NCBI GenBank assembly: GCA_951406725.2
Contig: OX597832.1
Span: 11,966,001 to 12,030,000, forward strand
Length of the DNA: 64,000 nucleotides
Reading direction: 5' to 3'
Origin: Octopus vulgaris
Taxonomy: Eukaryota
The translations under genes were made by a program, and so were the position numbers. How positions within the stretch are numbered: position 1 is the first letter of the stretch; each line of letters begins with the position of its first letter. Below, piece by piece: positions 37,549 through 52,218 of the stretch. The notes under the pieces are model-generated. The model did not search any database. It worked only from the letters and a program-made list of their open reading frames with translations, and was not told where the DNA came from.

Positions 37549-40500
37549 CTTTATATTAAAGAAAATTACATTAAAAGTAATATAATGTCGACATCCCCAA
37601 CATAGTTTCTGAGGGCATCTCTCCACTTGCTCCTATTCTAGAAACCATTCACATCTCTTTCGAAAGTGATGCTACGCGGGATCGAACATAGAAGTATAAA
37701 TTTGTAAAGATGACTTCTGTTGCAGAGTTCAACACATATATAACCCAACAGTAGAAACAATACTGAAATATATAATATGTTCTTCCTTTTCTATTTCCAC
37801 TTCTGCGTTGCACTATATATTCACAGGAAAATAAAAACTATTTTCTCCACAGCACGTTTCACTGCGGATGTTATTGTTTATTCTCTTTTGCGCAGCATAA
37901 TCTCAGTTTTGTTATGACCGAAATATACGTCTGTATTTCTTCAACAATTGACGAGTTTCTATTTTTTTAATTTTACATTTACCCATCCCGAGACCAATAG
38001 AAGTATATTTTCTTTTCCTGCAAAAACACAATAAAAATTTGATAGCTACATATGAACGCATTTCCCCTTAGAATTTCAGTATGTTCTATATTCTTATATA
38101 TTGCTTCTCCTTGATACACAAGACAGTAACTAACATGCACCTATCCTTAGAAGAGAATATGAAATTGATCAGAAATATTAATAAAGTTAATATCAAGATA
38201 TAACCTACATCAGAAAAACACACCTTAATAAAATCAAGTATGTGTAGCTGCGTTAATTTAGTTGATGCATTTTGATGCATAACATACTAAAAGGTTCCAA
38301 GCGCTGAGATTTATATTTCCATATTGGAAAATGTGATATGTATATTTAATATGCTAAAAGCTAAGGAAAATGCGCTCAGAAATTATAAACTCCTTCATTG
38401 ACAAATTGTTTTTCATGCAAAATAGCTGCTGAAAATGTATTTCTTTCAAATTAAGAATTAAAATAAAATAAGTTATAAACACTTTAAAGGAAAATGTTAA
38501 GTGGTATAGACAAAGTATTGTGTTAAGAATTAGGCATTGCAGACAGGTAGACTCAGGTTTCATCACCGCACCAAGGCATCTTCTGGTGTAGTCACTGGCC
38601 GGCGAATTCTTTATATTTCCTCATTTAATTTTGTTTCTTTCTGTATATTCTGAAATATAGCATTGTTTCTTATAGTCTCAGGACAATAATGCTCACGGTA
38701 TCAGTGGGAAGTGGGTATTATTTTTTTTTTCAAGTGTTTTGTGGGAGAGACAGTGACCATGGCTTTTGCACTCCGTCATAGACTGAACTCATCAGGTGTA
38801 GGAAAGACCACAGAAAATGAATACCAGAAGACCAACGTTCTGAGAAGGGGATTCTGGTTGTAGCGATGACTGGGGAACCTCGTGGGGCCGCTTCAACAAT
38901 GGTTACGATAAGAAGAGAGTATACTAAGCAAATCTAAACGGTAGAAACTTTTATAGCACGGAACAGAACTTCTTTCAAATTTCAAGAGTCTTATTTCTTT
39001 TGCGACCTTGGGAATATATATTTACGATACCAAAATTCTCGATTCGATCAAGCGCCGAGAATAAAATGTATCTGTAATTCGCAATTACAGCCTCATTTCA
39101 GTGAGTTACGCCGATGCTGCCTAAGAATTACATTAAAATTACACCTGCCTGTGATGGTCTACACGATAGTTGGATATGACAAGTGATTCCTTTAATCGAA
39201 CAACGGGAATTCATGGTCAGAAATTCTAAAAGTTTGAATTTTGGTCCTAATTTTCTTTTCATTACACCAGGATCATTGTAATTTAATGATTCTCTTGAGT
39301 TATTTGCTCCTTTTTACCAAACTGCCCGACACCAGTAGCGAAATTGTAATTTCGAAAATGTAATTAAAAATAATTTTAATTGAATCACCTCATTTACATA
39401 ACAGTTCAAGACTGAAGGGACGATGATAATTAGTAGGGCCCCCAAAATTTTCTCAGTAAGCAATAAATAATTCCACAGTTTATTGTCATACATTTACTTT
39501 CGTTGTGAATGTAGGTCCATGCTTTATTTTTGCCAATTTAGTATCAGGATTCAAAAGGCGGCTAAATTTTACTAATATCTATCATTGTAAATTACTAATA
39601 AAGGCTGGAATCCTAATAAAGGATGAAAAGTTGTAAAATGTTTTTGAAGACCACTAACAGTTTTCTGTAAATATGCTTCGATCACATTTAAGATGTGTAA
39701 GTCTTTCAGTTATTTGTATCCGGTAATAGTTTTATAGGCGCATAGAATGATAAAATGTTACATCATATTATATTTTATGTGAGTCAAATATGCATAATCT
39801 TCTACTATATTATAATTTTGGTGTTCGTCGAATATTCGCAAATGACCTTCAAGTAAATACGTCTATGAAATCGTTTTATGTTCTCAGATACTTTATGTTA
39901 AGCGGATTAGATTATACATAAACATATGAAAAGGTAAAAGCTACATAATTCCAGAAAGGATAATGATGTATAAATCCATTGTTTTGTTCTTGAATCACGT
40001 ATTTTGCTATTATTCTGGCACCTCTGCAGATTTAACTTTCTTGCAAGGATTCAAAACAGTATAAAGCGTAGAACTATAATCTCCATGCCTATACGAAGAC
40101 GGGGAGGCCAACTTAACAAATTAACTGTTTAAAATATACTTTCAAAAACGATAGTGAAATATTGGTAATTTTTACCTCTTTGCACGTAGTTCTAATAATG
40201 AAAAACGCACAGTTACTATCATAGCTATTATAAATGTAATCTGAATTTAATTTCGCGGCATTTGCTAATATACCTTTACTATTCTGCTTGCAGTAACACT
40301 TGAACTAAGTACAAGCCCAATACTTCCTAGCAATATTGGAATCATTTGAGTTACATTTCCAACTGGAAATTAAAATACGTTTTCTTATATTTATGCTCTA
40401 AATTTATACCAAATTTTAACTCCATCATGTATGTAGACATTGTTGATGTCTACATATATGAAAACCTTTCCAACATGAAGCATTATTGAGTAAGGTGGAG

Positions 40501-40959
40501 GCCCAAATATTAGGATTCCAGGTTCGTTTCCAAGTTCAGGATGCGCTTATGTCCTTGAGTAAGACTTATTATTTCCCGTTACTCAAATCTTTTCTGACGA
40601 AACGTTAAAACTGAGTATAAACCGTCATTTGGAGTAGCTTCTGTCCAGTCGTTACTTCTATGATGTTCGGCTAGGTCAAGAGTGAGATTACTGCGAAGAT
40701 GTCTGTCTGATGGCAAGTATATAGGCACATAAAACAACTAGAGAAAGAGGGATACAAGCTACTACTCCATACCAATTGCGAGTATTTATTCTAAGCACTA
40801 CGTAATGTTTGTCATTGTTCATAACAATATAACGACGGGCTGTGACTTGTGTATTTTGCATTCAAAGTGACCCTTGTTGAAGGCGAAAACAATCATTTGA
40901 TCACAAGAATAACGGATAAATATTTTAACTTATTTAGAAATGGTTCTTCTCTGTTTTAT

Positions 40960-41420
40960 AGTACGTTGATTGTTCTACGTTCTTCTCGGGTGGCAATCTG
41001 CTTCTCGAAGAACAACACCGAATGTGTTTCACCAGCTTTTACATAGCCTTTCTCTTTTTCTCTCTCCAGTGCTATTTTCGCACATTATTCTTGTACCATA
41101 ACCAATAATCCACAATACCAAGTTGGTGCTGCTTCACTAATTCTACTTATATTTGAGAATTTGCTTTTTGTAGGGTTTTCTGTTGGTGAATATCTCTGCA
41201 GATGATTTAAGTGTATCTTTGAAACCGTTTTCTCTGAACACCTTCAGTGTATCTAATATTGTAATTGTGACATCCCAAGCAGGCCTTGTATAAATGACTT
41301 TTGGTAAAAGAACAGTTACGAAATTGTGAATCGTTCTTGCTGTGCATTATAATATCTATCAATTTCTTCCGTTACCTCCCAGTGTAAAATATTTCGGGGT
41401 TTCCTTTTCCTTTATTATCT
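40960..41420 (-). pseudogene. Possible very old R4/Dong-like LINE fragment (post-RT region)
   Basis: Minus-strand pieces KEKETPKY, IHNFVTVLLPKVIY...W...LD...ENG...KS..EIFTNRK and GETHSVLFFEKQIATRE are in the order expected for R4-clade proteins; recognised by eye only. Confidence 0.35.
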
Positions 41421-42616
41421 ACAAATTTTGTTCTCATTCATATATGAAGCAACATAGTAAAAATAGTTTCTATGTTCGTCAGAATTTTACAAATATTTTC
41501 AAGAGAAAGAAACGTCAACTGAAACAAAAAAAAAGTCGATAACAAGACGAAAAAAAAAAACGATTCGTTGGATCGGATTGTTAAAACAGATAAAACTTCA
41601 AATGATACATTGGTTGGATACGAACTCACGTGAAACGATGCCATATAGAATGATATTTCGTGGAGAGTTTCCAATACAACATTTACATTATTCTACTAGC
41701 AAAAAAATGAAACTAAGAATTTACTGCTTTACCCGGATGATTCGTTTTGAAATCGTATACCGAAATTAGTTTCGTCAAATTCCAGCAATTCACATTCCCA
41801 TATATAGGTTATTTGACTTTTGTTCCTGATCCTAAGCTATTTTTGTATGGATATAATAAGTACAACGCAGTTACAGGTACGTAATTTGGCACATAACTCT
41901 CAGCAATCCGTGAATGCCGGATACAGAAATATTTTTCATAGTTTTGGCATCTTCACCAGTCTTGAAAGTTGATTGAGTAGAGTTTTGTTCAAAGGCGTTC
42001 CAGACACAATCATTCCTTTATCTCTTATTCAGATGAAGGAATATCCTGAACTACCTATATCAATATGTGTTTACATATTTTGAAAAGTGTTTGATCTGTG
42101 CGGGAGCTATGTTGTTATAAAATTTCACGTGTCTCCCTTTCTCTGATTTCGCTTCTACAGTGCCCAACTCATTGACCGAGAGCAATTATTTCCTTTTTCA
42201 TCATCTGTGATTTATATTTTGTGAAAACTTGTTTGCGGTAGGGTTAGAAAGTGCGTCTAAATCTTGTAATTTCACAGGCTGATTAACCGGTGAGCTACGA
42301 AACTTTAGATACCATTGAACTGAAGATTATCAATAAATTTTGCTTCACTTAGGCATAACTAAGGATAAGACATTTTTATGTATTAAGTTGGGTTTTCAAA
42401 AAATTGCTGAACAATACCAAATAATTCGTATATGTGGATACATCGACACTCATATGCACTATCACATGCACACATACACATATACGAATACATATATTGT
42501 ATATATGTCTGTGAGTGTGTGTGTATGCGTGTGTGTGTGTGTGTGTGTGTGTGTTTGTACTCGTAAATATACGTATACGAATATATATATATATAAACAT
42601 ATATATATATATAAAT

Positions 42617-42661
<45 letters not shown>

Positions 42662-43758
42662 TATATATATATATATAAAGAGGCATGCCCGCATGTATAT
42701 ATAAATGCATATATATGTACATGGTTGAATATATTAAAGGAAATATGCATAAACATTTGAATGCATATATACTTATGTGAGTGTATGTAGGTAAGCATCC
42801 AAATGCATACATGGAGATATGTATGTATCTATGCATCCATGTATGTATGTATGTATGTATGTATGTATGCATGTATGTATGTACCAGTGCAAAATTCCAA
42901 GATATAAAACCTTCCAATACCGTAAACCAAATTGAAATGCATAGATAACATCTATTTTTTTCTTAAATTTATGACGTCGTAGAGAATTATTATATTAGTT
43001 TTATTAGAAATCATACTTCTCCGTATACGGCGAAGAGAAAAAGAAAAATACTTAGTCAGAATGTTGTAAATATTCTTATATTTCGTTTCCTTATTTTTTT
43101 TTTTTAAAGAAATCTACATTTATTTCACACACTATAAAATTCAGGACTGACATTTCACATAAGATATGGAAAATCAATATAGAACATAAAATTCACATAC
43201 TTAATTGTATTTTAACGTCAGTGAATTATAGAAAAAAGAACAAGAAAAAATTAAGATAAGTGCTAAGTATTTTAAAAGAAAAGTAAACTCTTGGCAGTTC
43301 GAAAACGTGAGCAGGCTACATATTCTTATTAATGATATCTTTTAGTATGCATTTAATTTCATTTTGTTGTTTTCCGTCCCTATCTAAAAGGTTAGAAATA
43401 GTAAGGAAGTCGTCTTGAGAGTGAGGACCTGATTATAATATGTGTAACATAACAAACTGAATGCACCCAAGGAGCATTTGATGTTTTTATACCATTGCCG
43501 CATTGACTCCGCCATCCAAGAAATTATAATGCAGATAACACTAGGGGTATTGTCCTCTGTAACAAATGTAACAGATAACACAGTGATATTTTCTGACCAT
43601 CAAATAGATCTGCTGATCACAAACTCTGGACTGCTGAACAATTTTATTGATCCCTAAACGATGAAAGTAACAGATGATGTCGAGGAGAGGGATAGATTTG
43701 AAGCGCTGCAATCTGGGATAATCTTATAAGTTCATATTATCTATAGCCTAACGCTTTT

Positions 43759-44062
43759 GGAGGCACATGGTCTAGTGGTTAGAGCAGCAGACTCGCGATC
43801 GATGGATCGCAGGTTCGAATCTCAGACCGGGCTATGTGTGTGTTTATGAGCGAAACACCAAACTCCACGCGGCTCCAGCAGAAGGTAATGGCGAACTTCT
43901 GCTGACTCTTTCGCCACAACTTTCTCTCACTATTTCCTCCTGCATCTTGCAGCTCACCTGCGACGGACCGGCGTTCCGTCCAGGTGGGGAACCTATACGC
44001 CAAGCAAACTGGGAAACCGGCCTTTATGAGCCAGGCGTGGCTCGAGAAGGAACAAACAACAA
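43759..44062 (+). mobile_element. SINE-C (tRNA-derived, A box tggtctagtgg, B box ggttcgaatct, (caa)n-like end)
   Basis: tRNA-like head; near-duplicate at 44990-45263. Confidence 0.85.
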
Positions 44063-44989
44063 ATAGCCTGATGCTTCCAACAATTAGTTCCCTTTTTCTG
44101 TCTTCTACACCTATTTTAGAACTAGATCAGACCCGACTGAGCAATTGTATAATCAAAAATATTCATGACGTAACCACCACTACTTTTTACTCCAAGCATA
44201 CAAAATTCCAGATGACAATATTTCAATTTATGAGTTGCCAAGTTGCAATGTAAAAAAAGTATTGCATGCCATTTCTTGTAAACTGCTCAATGCCATAGTG
44301 TACAGTCCTTGAAAACATTGACGTTATATAAGCTTAAGTAAATTATCCATGTCAAATCTAATACCGGCTTCAGTATTTGTATTTGGAAGCTAGTCTTTAG
44401 GCGAAATCCACGTCAAATGTTACGTAAATGTATGTATTAGTATAGGGCAACGTATTAGAATGGGGAAGCATTTGTTACATAACAACGATGCTCTAACAAA
44501 AGTTACACTGTGTGGTAATATCTCATAGTGTAACAAATTCTAAAGAACTTATAAATGATTAAATATTGAATTAGAATTCTTTTTGTTTTAATTACAAATA
44601 AGGCAAATCAATCATTATATCGTAATCACAAATTTTAACGGGGGTGGGGGGCAAGGTTAAGGCACCAATGTACCTAAAAGAGAAACTGATTCGATTACGG
44701 CTTTGTTTTTCCACTGACGAGATAAAAAATATTTTTTACTTATGATCCCATCATACGCTCACAGATATATTTGTGTGTGTGTGTCTTTTTGTGACTGTGT
44801 GTGCACGTGTGCATATATCCATGCATATATACTAACGCATTACATATACAGACACCCAATATATTTTAAACATACATATATATATATATACACACACTCA
44901 GTTTCACACACAGATATACACACACGTGTACACACCACATGCACACACACACACATATGCATATATGTATATTTGTATATGTATATTTG

Positions 44990-45263
44990 TAGTGGTTAGA
45001 GCAGCGGACTCGTGGTCGAAGGATCGCTTGTTCGAATCTCGGACCGAGCGATGTATGTGTTTATGAGCGAAACACCTAAGCTCCGCGCGGCTCCTACAGA
45101 ACTTCTGCTGACTCTTTCGCCACAACTCTCTCTCTCTTTCCTCCTGCAACTTGCAGCTCACCTGCGATAGACCGGCGACCCGTCCAGGTGGAGAACCTAT
45201 ACGCCAAGGAAACCGGGAAACCGGCCCTGTGAGCCCGGTGTAGCTCGAGAAGGAACAAACAAC
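44990..45263 (+). mobile_element. SINE-C
   Basis: Colinear with 43773-44062. Confidence 0.85.
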
Positions 45264-46096
45264 ATGTATGTATGTATGTATGTATGTATGTATGTATGTA
45301 TGTATGTATGTATGTATGTATGTATGTATGTATGTATGTGGATGGATGGATGGATGGATGTATGTATGTATGTAGACATGAAATTCGTGTTTGCAAGTGT
45401 GGCTGGCTGTGAATTCGGGTGAGCATAAATATTTCGGATCATGAAAGACAAATAAACTATCACCACAAACAAACATACTCTGTGCAAATATATGATTGAT
45501 ATACAGTGATAATAAATCCAACTCACAATGAACACACAAACACACCAACCAACCAATTTATTACTTCACACGCGCACAAATACACACATACACACCCTCT
45601 CGCATATGCACATACTCAATCATATACTCACACACGCACACTTACACACATACACATATAGGTATATATATATATATATATTTATATGCAAGAAAACAGT
45701 TAGGTGAGTATCTGCTTGTGTGTCTAGATTGGTATATCTTTCCATGTATGCACATACACACATACGAACGATTCAAATTTGTGCTTTCCTTTTATTTGTA
45801 ACAGCGTATTCTACGTGATACATGGCTTGCTGTCATTTAGGCAGCTAACATATAACAGCACAGCAGCATGAATGATTACAATCGTATTCCCAGATGAAGA
45901 AAACCAAAAACAAAGAATGGTAATTCATGCAGTCTACAATATTTTGTCAAGTCATCAATATAAATAATAACTAAAGAAAATATATCACGTCTTGGAATCG
46001 AGTCTGTTAAAACCGATATTCGCATCCACAAAGATTATTTATGCAGAGACAACAATAGCTAAAAAATTTTTTTACAAAAACACGAAATATTATAAC

Positions 46097-46320
46097 CAAT
46101 AATAATAATAGTAACAACAACATGAACAACGATAACAACATCAAGACCAACAACAACAATAACGGCAGCAATAATAATAATAATAATAGTAAAAAATAAT
46201 AATGATGATGATGATGATGATAATAATAATAGTAAAAAATAATAATGATGATGATGATGATGATGATAATAATAGAAATAATAATGATAATAATAAGAGG
46301 AACAACAACAAGAACAAAGA
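46097..46320. repeat. (AAT/AAC/GAT)n low-complexity tract
   Basis: Direct inspection. Confidence 0.9.
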
Positions 46321-46582
46321 ATTAACGAAAGTAGCAGAAATCTATTTCTTTATTCCAGAATAGATTCATTCAGCCGTAATTTGGAAGTGAAAATGTGTGA
46401 AAATGTAATATTTTCATTGCACAACTGTACGTGCACGCTTATAAAAACAGGCGTTTTATGTTCATGAGAATGTAATCATATAAACATATATGTATGTATA
46501 TGTGTGTGAGTGTGGGTATGTATGTATATAGATAGATATATTGTATGATAGATATATAGAAAAATAGATAGAGAGATAGATA

Positions 46583-46986
46583 CTCTTTTACTCTTACTTG
46601 TTTCAGTCATTTTGACTGAGGCCATGCAGGAGCACCGCCTTTAGTCGAACAAATCGACCCCAGGACTTATTCTCTGTAAGCCTAGTACTTACGGGGACGT
46701 AAAGCACCAGCATCGGTTTTCAAGCGATATTTGGGGGATAAACACAGACACACAAACACACTCACACACAAACACACTCACACACACACACATATATATA
46801 TACACACACACATATATATATATGACGGGCTTCGTTTAGTTTCCGTTCTCCAAATTCACTCACAATGCTTTGCTCGGCCCGAGGTTAGAATAGAAGACAC
46901 TTGCCGAAGGTGCCACGAAGTGGGACTGAACCCAGAGCCATGTTGTTGGTAAGCAAGCTACTTACCACATAGCCGCTCCTACGCGT
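46583..46986 (-). mobile_element. SINE-B
   Basis: Reverse copy with an internal deletion. Confidence 0.85.
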
Positions 46987-47210
46987 AGATATAGATATGC
47001 ACACACGATATACACTCAAGTATTTGTTCATATATGTATGTATGTGCGCAAAATATGTAGACCAATTCTTTGCATACAAGCCACTACTGATATCGTACTT
47101 TCTTTGATAAAGTGCATTTTCGGTAGATCTGGCCGTATTTGAAAATAAAATATCGTCGATAACCACTCAGCGATATTTCGTCTGAGAAGAGAAATTCTGT
47201 GAATACTTGA

Positions 47211-47291
47211 GACCAAAATCATTTCATTATAATGAAGAAGTGCAAGACCGACCAAAATCATTTCATTATAATGAAGAAGTGCAAGACCGAC
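47211..47291 (+). repeat. Perfect 39-bp tandem duplication
   Basis: gaccaaaatcatttcattataatgaagaagtgcaagacc x2. Confidence 0.95.
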
Positions 47292-47559
47292 GTATCTCTG
47301 TAAATCACACATCTTCATATTCTCAATATATACGGTGTTCTGCTCGTCGGGATTTCAGTATAAGAGGAAAGGAATTGATTGAAAATAATTGAACTAAATT
47401 ATTGAAAAATAATACTATGCACCTGAAAGTTCATGTTTCACCTGAGCACTTAAATTCATAGTTTGTTAAATATCGGTGATTGTATTTCAGCAACTGTATC
47501 CCGGTTGAGGTTTTAAAGGGTAATACAAATAGGCAAAAATAACTGAAGGTGGAATTTGC

Positions 47560-47588
47560 AGAAGAGGAAGAAGATGATGAAGAAGAAA

Positions 47589-47624
<36 letters not shown>

Positions 47625-48170
47625 ATGATTAGGATGATAATGATGAAGACGATGATGGTGATAATTTAGGAGAAGAGAAAGGAGAAGAAGAAAGATGAAA
47701 AGCATATAAAGAGGGAGAGAAAGAAAAGTAGAAAAATTAGAAGAGAAAGGAGATAAAGAAGGGAAAGAAAAGGAGAAGAAGAAGAAACAGAAAAAAACGA
47801 AGAAGAGCTAAAAGAAGAGGAGGAAGAAAAAGAAGAAAAGAGAAAGGAGATAAAGATAAGACATACGAAGGAAGTGAAAGAAAAGTAGAAAAAGAAGAGG
47901 AATAAGAAGAAAAACAACAGACGAAGAAGAGAAGAGGAAGTGAAAGAAGATAATGAAAGAAGAAAAAGAGAAAGAAGAGATGAAGGAAGAGAAAGATGAG
48001 AAAAAAGAGAAGGAAAGAAGAAGGAGAAAGGATGAGAAGGAGTAGATTGAAATGAAGAAGAAGAAAATGGAGAATCACATTCTAAAAAATGAGGGAGAGG
48101 AAAAAAGACAAAAATGGGGAGGAAAAAATGGAAGCTCAAAATAAAAAGAAAGAAAGAAAGTGAAAAGTAA
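47560..48170. repeat. (AGT)n and GAA-rich polypurine tract
   Basis: Direct inspection. Confidence 0.95.
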
Positions 48171-48733
48171 GAATATATGAACTCAATTGGTTATATGTGT
48201 TAGTTGACAAGAGCACATCTTGTGTGTAAGAAATAAGACTTTTAAAGCGTTGTAAAATTTGTGCAGCATCAGATAAAGTCTGAAATTCTTGGCTCCATTT
48301 ATATAGATCTTAGTGTTCTGGAGTATTCTTCAGTTTGCCTTATATTCTCTGCCATAATAGATTTTTTTTATATATTCAGAGTGTCGTGATTTCCTCTTTT
48401 TGCTCTTCATCAAAGCTAACTACTCATTTGCACACACACATATATGTTGTATTAAAGTGCAGGCATTTCATAAGTACTTTGTGTACTGTGTGTTTCGTCG
48501 TGATTTTGTATGTGAGTATTTCTATGTATATACACGCTCACGCAGACACATGTATACACACACAAACACGCACATATAGATAGTTTCTCCTGTCGAAAAC
48601 GACGTATGATCGTTAAGGTTTTGTCGAACGACCTACAGAAAAAGATTTGTTTAAAGTGCTCGAATGTTCATGCTACACTTTAGCTCACACTCTCCATCAA
48701 ATCGACGTTGCCTGAACAGGTGAATGGTGTATT

Positions 48734-48957
48734 GGCAGAAACGTTAGCACGCCGGGCGAAATGCGTAGCCGTATTTCGTCTGCCGTTACGTTCTGAGTTC
48801 AAATTCCGCCGAGGTCCACTTTGCCTTTAATACATTCGGGGTCGATAAATTAAGTACCAGTTACGCACTGAGGTCGATTTAATCGACTGAATCCGTATGT
48901 ATGTCCTTGTTTGTCCCCTTTGTGTTTAGCCCCTTGTGGGTAGTAAAGAAATAGGTG
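48734..48957 (+). mobile_element. SINE-A near full length (tail A)
   Basis: Highly similar to 30211-30428. Confidence 0.88.
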
Positions 48958-49096
48958 TATCAAGCGTCAGATGTTGAACTGATCGCAGTGTAATGTGGTA
49001 TGAAGTGTTTTGTTCAAGAACACAAAGCACCACCCGCAAGATCGTGTGTACAACACCCTAACCGCATTCGTGATATATACGTATGCCTATATATGT

Positions 49097-49128
<32 letters not shown>

Positions 49129-49238
49129 TCACACACAGAAACACGCACACACACACACACACACACGCACACATATGTACAATGAGTGAAAGCTTCAGTG
49201 ATAGATCATACATAGTTGTCCACATATTTTGTCGTGAT

Positions 49239-49471
49239 TATAGGAATCCCTATCTACATCGTGGTTCACTTATCACGGTTCACCTATCGCGGTTTATTAT
49301 TTAAACTTACCTTGATTCCTCTGTAGTGTTCTTTCGCATTCATCATTAATTAAATGTATGAAAATAATAAAAAAAATATATATAGTACAGTACGGTTTCT
49401 TCTTCGCGGATTTTCACCTATCACGTGGGGTTTTGGAACAAAACATTCACGTAAGTCTAGGGATTACTGTA
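49239..49471. mobile_element. Pogo/Tigger-like MITE
   Basis: Ends TAtaggaatcccta / tagggattactgTA; internal repeated ttcacctatcgcgg motifs. Confidence 0.6.
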
Positions 49472-50217
49472 TATTTATTTGCGTTTACAGCATGTGTGAG
49501 TATTGCACCACTTGAAGATTTGTAGAATCAAATCAACCTCTCGTGATATTAATGTTGGTTCTGAGTAACAATATATATTACAGGTTTTAAACTCTCATTC
49601 TGTAGTTTGAATTTCCTGTATAAGGAATAACATTTATGAAGATATAGAGATAAGTAGATGGTTTAATGGTAATAAGCAACTAATGGCTTACCGTTATTTT
49701 CGTCGTTGGGAACAAGACCACCGTTCAATAATCGTGTCATAAATGTTAGTGATATATACAAAGCAAATATATTATCTCAGTAATATCAAATATTTTCAGG
49801 TTAGTACTGTAATCCTTACTGAGACGCTAAACAAAATACTGGAAAACAAGGATTAGTACAACTGTCTCGTGCGCACGCCAGTTAGATGTTCAGCACAAAT
49901 AGTGAATGGGGCTGCTTGTTTGAATATGCTCCAGGATATACAGGGAAAATTTATTTGCTGCCGGTGCATGTTAAGTAAATATAATCGTTTATCATGCACT
50001 AACAGTCCATGTTTGTACTCCACAAATAGTAGTTTCGATATTTGTCTGTGTAAGTTTGGGGTGAAAAACTGCATATATATATATGTATACATATATATAT
50101 ATATATATACATACATATATAGAGGGGGGGATTCACAAAAAAAAAAAAAAAAGACGACGACAGGTGGTGGAGACAACAAACAGATGTATTAGTATAACGT
50201 TCGGGAAGTGAAAAAGT

Positions 50218-50253
50218 CTTTAACGTTTCGAGCCTGAGCTCTTCAACAGAAAG
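50218..50253 (-). ncRNA. Hammerhead-like motif with variant core (CUGUUGA)
   Basis: Minus strand cttt-CTGTTGA-a-gagc-tcag-gctc-GAAA-cg-TT-aaag. Confidence 0.5.
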
Positions 50254-50723
50254 GAACACAGACAGATAGATATAGATATATGTATCTATCCATATTTTTA
50301 TCTATCTGTTTCTATCTCCTTATATATATGTGTCTGTGTGGTAATAAAATCAAAAGAACGAAAGTTATATAATCACAAACATCTCTTTCTACTGGACGAA
50401 ACATAGTACTCACGTCTGAGTTCTCGTATGTAGTGTATATTTCTTCATGCATGTAACCAACCCTATGTACTGAAGAATAACGATTCTTTTAAATGCAAAC
50501 AAGATGTAAACTGTAATGCGAGACCACTTAGATCTGAGTTCAATGCTACTCATACTAGAAACGTCATCTAGAGAAGGGAAGTAATAACGCAACGTTTGTT
50601 TTCTCATATATTTATTGGCAATAAGCACTTTACTCACCTGATGTCTTGCTCTAAAACAGAGCATATATACATTGAATTCTAGCAACAAGTAAGTAATAAG
50701 TATTGATATGTCTAAGCGAAACC

Positions 50724-50763
<40 letters not shown>

Positions 50764-50787
50764 ATAATATATATATATAAACCATAA

Positions 50788-50828
<41 letters not shown>

Positions 50829-50856
50829 GTGTATATCTATATATACATATAGACCT

Positions 50857-50892
<36 letters not shown>

Positions 50893-51202
50893 CAATCACA
50901 CAAGCAGTCACGAATATCCACCTAAAGAGAGAGATAATAGTTTTATAAATAGAGGTATATACTCTTTATCTTTGTCTTTTTATCTATTCTTACAATATAT
51001 AAAACAAGAAAAATAATTATATGATAGCAAAAATATGCGATGACAGTTTGAGTCTTATATCCTCTGTAGCACACTTTTGTTTTTTTCTGGTGAGAAATTT
51101 CTTCTATCTCAGCTGTGTCAATACGTTCGTTGTTTCACGAAATCAGTATATTTATTCATTCGCAGCGTTCTATCGTACGAAATACGACCAGGAAGCCAAC
51201 AA

Positions 51203-51288
<86 letters not shown>

Positions 51289-51908
51289 TGTTTTTCGTTG
51301 TCTTCTATCTACCTACAGCGTATTCCTTTTGTCTTTTGTATGCTTGTGTTTAGCTTAATAATTTCTGACACCTCATATCTTTAAGCTAACTTACTCACAC
51401 ATACCTCCAAACACATTCACAGCTGATAGAAACACACGCACAGACCCACACACAGAGACACACACACACGCGTGCACACAGGCAGATAAATATACACACA
51501 TATGCACTTACATATATATATATATATATATATATGTCTCGGGGAAGTAGACATATACAGGAAAGAATCAGCTGTAAGTGAGTCTTTAATGTCTCTTATT
51601 TCGCATTTCTTGGGTTATGTTTATTGATACAACTGTTCAAGAACAGCGTAGAGGCAACGAGAATAGAATGAAGAAGGAAAACCTATTTCTTGTCAAAATA
51701 AACCTAGTGATTAGCTATCGTTTCCTTTTTGGAGTTCATCCGTTCAGTCTTCACAATAGCCTCTTATTTGTTATAAATACAAAAACAAACCTACAAAGCT
51801 CAATAGAATGAATTTTCTTGCACCGTTCGGAATTTAATCAGGGCATATTTTATTAGTAAATGATATTCTCTAATTCTCTTAATGTGCTAAATTTGTAATA
51901 CGATGTTT

Positions 51909-51958
51909 TAGAAAATGTAACAATGAATCGTGAAATTGATTCATTGTTACATTTTCTA
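51909..51958. repeat. Perfect 21-bp-arm hairpin abutting (TA)n
   Basis: tagaaaatgtaacaatgaatc-gtgaaatt-gattcattgttacattttcta. Confidence 0.9.
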
Positions 51959-51976
51959 TATATATATATATATATA

Positions 51977-52014
<38 letters not shown>

Positions 52015-52161
52015 ATATACTTTTAAAACGAAAATTTTTATTGTGTTCGTCAGTTCTCACCCTTCAGCAATAAAATCTTTACGATTTTCTTTTGTTATTA
52101 AATCTATATCTCAGTTTAATTATCAAATCTAATGTAATCTATCTCTCTGTCTATCTCTCTG

Positions 52162-52218
<57 letters not shown>

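Noticed and set aside
41048-41190. Strong + strand acceptor followed by an open hydrophobic frame
   Set aside because: Weak donor, no recognisable protein, and it overlaps a possible minus-strand LINE relic.
43759-43830. tRNA gene
   Set aside because: A/B boxes are present, but there is no acceptor stem and it continues into the SINE-C body.
49869-50070. EGF-like words (NGAAC, APGYTG, CTNSPC)
   Set aside because: Motifs lie in different frames with wrong Cys spacing and no clean exon; likely chance.
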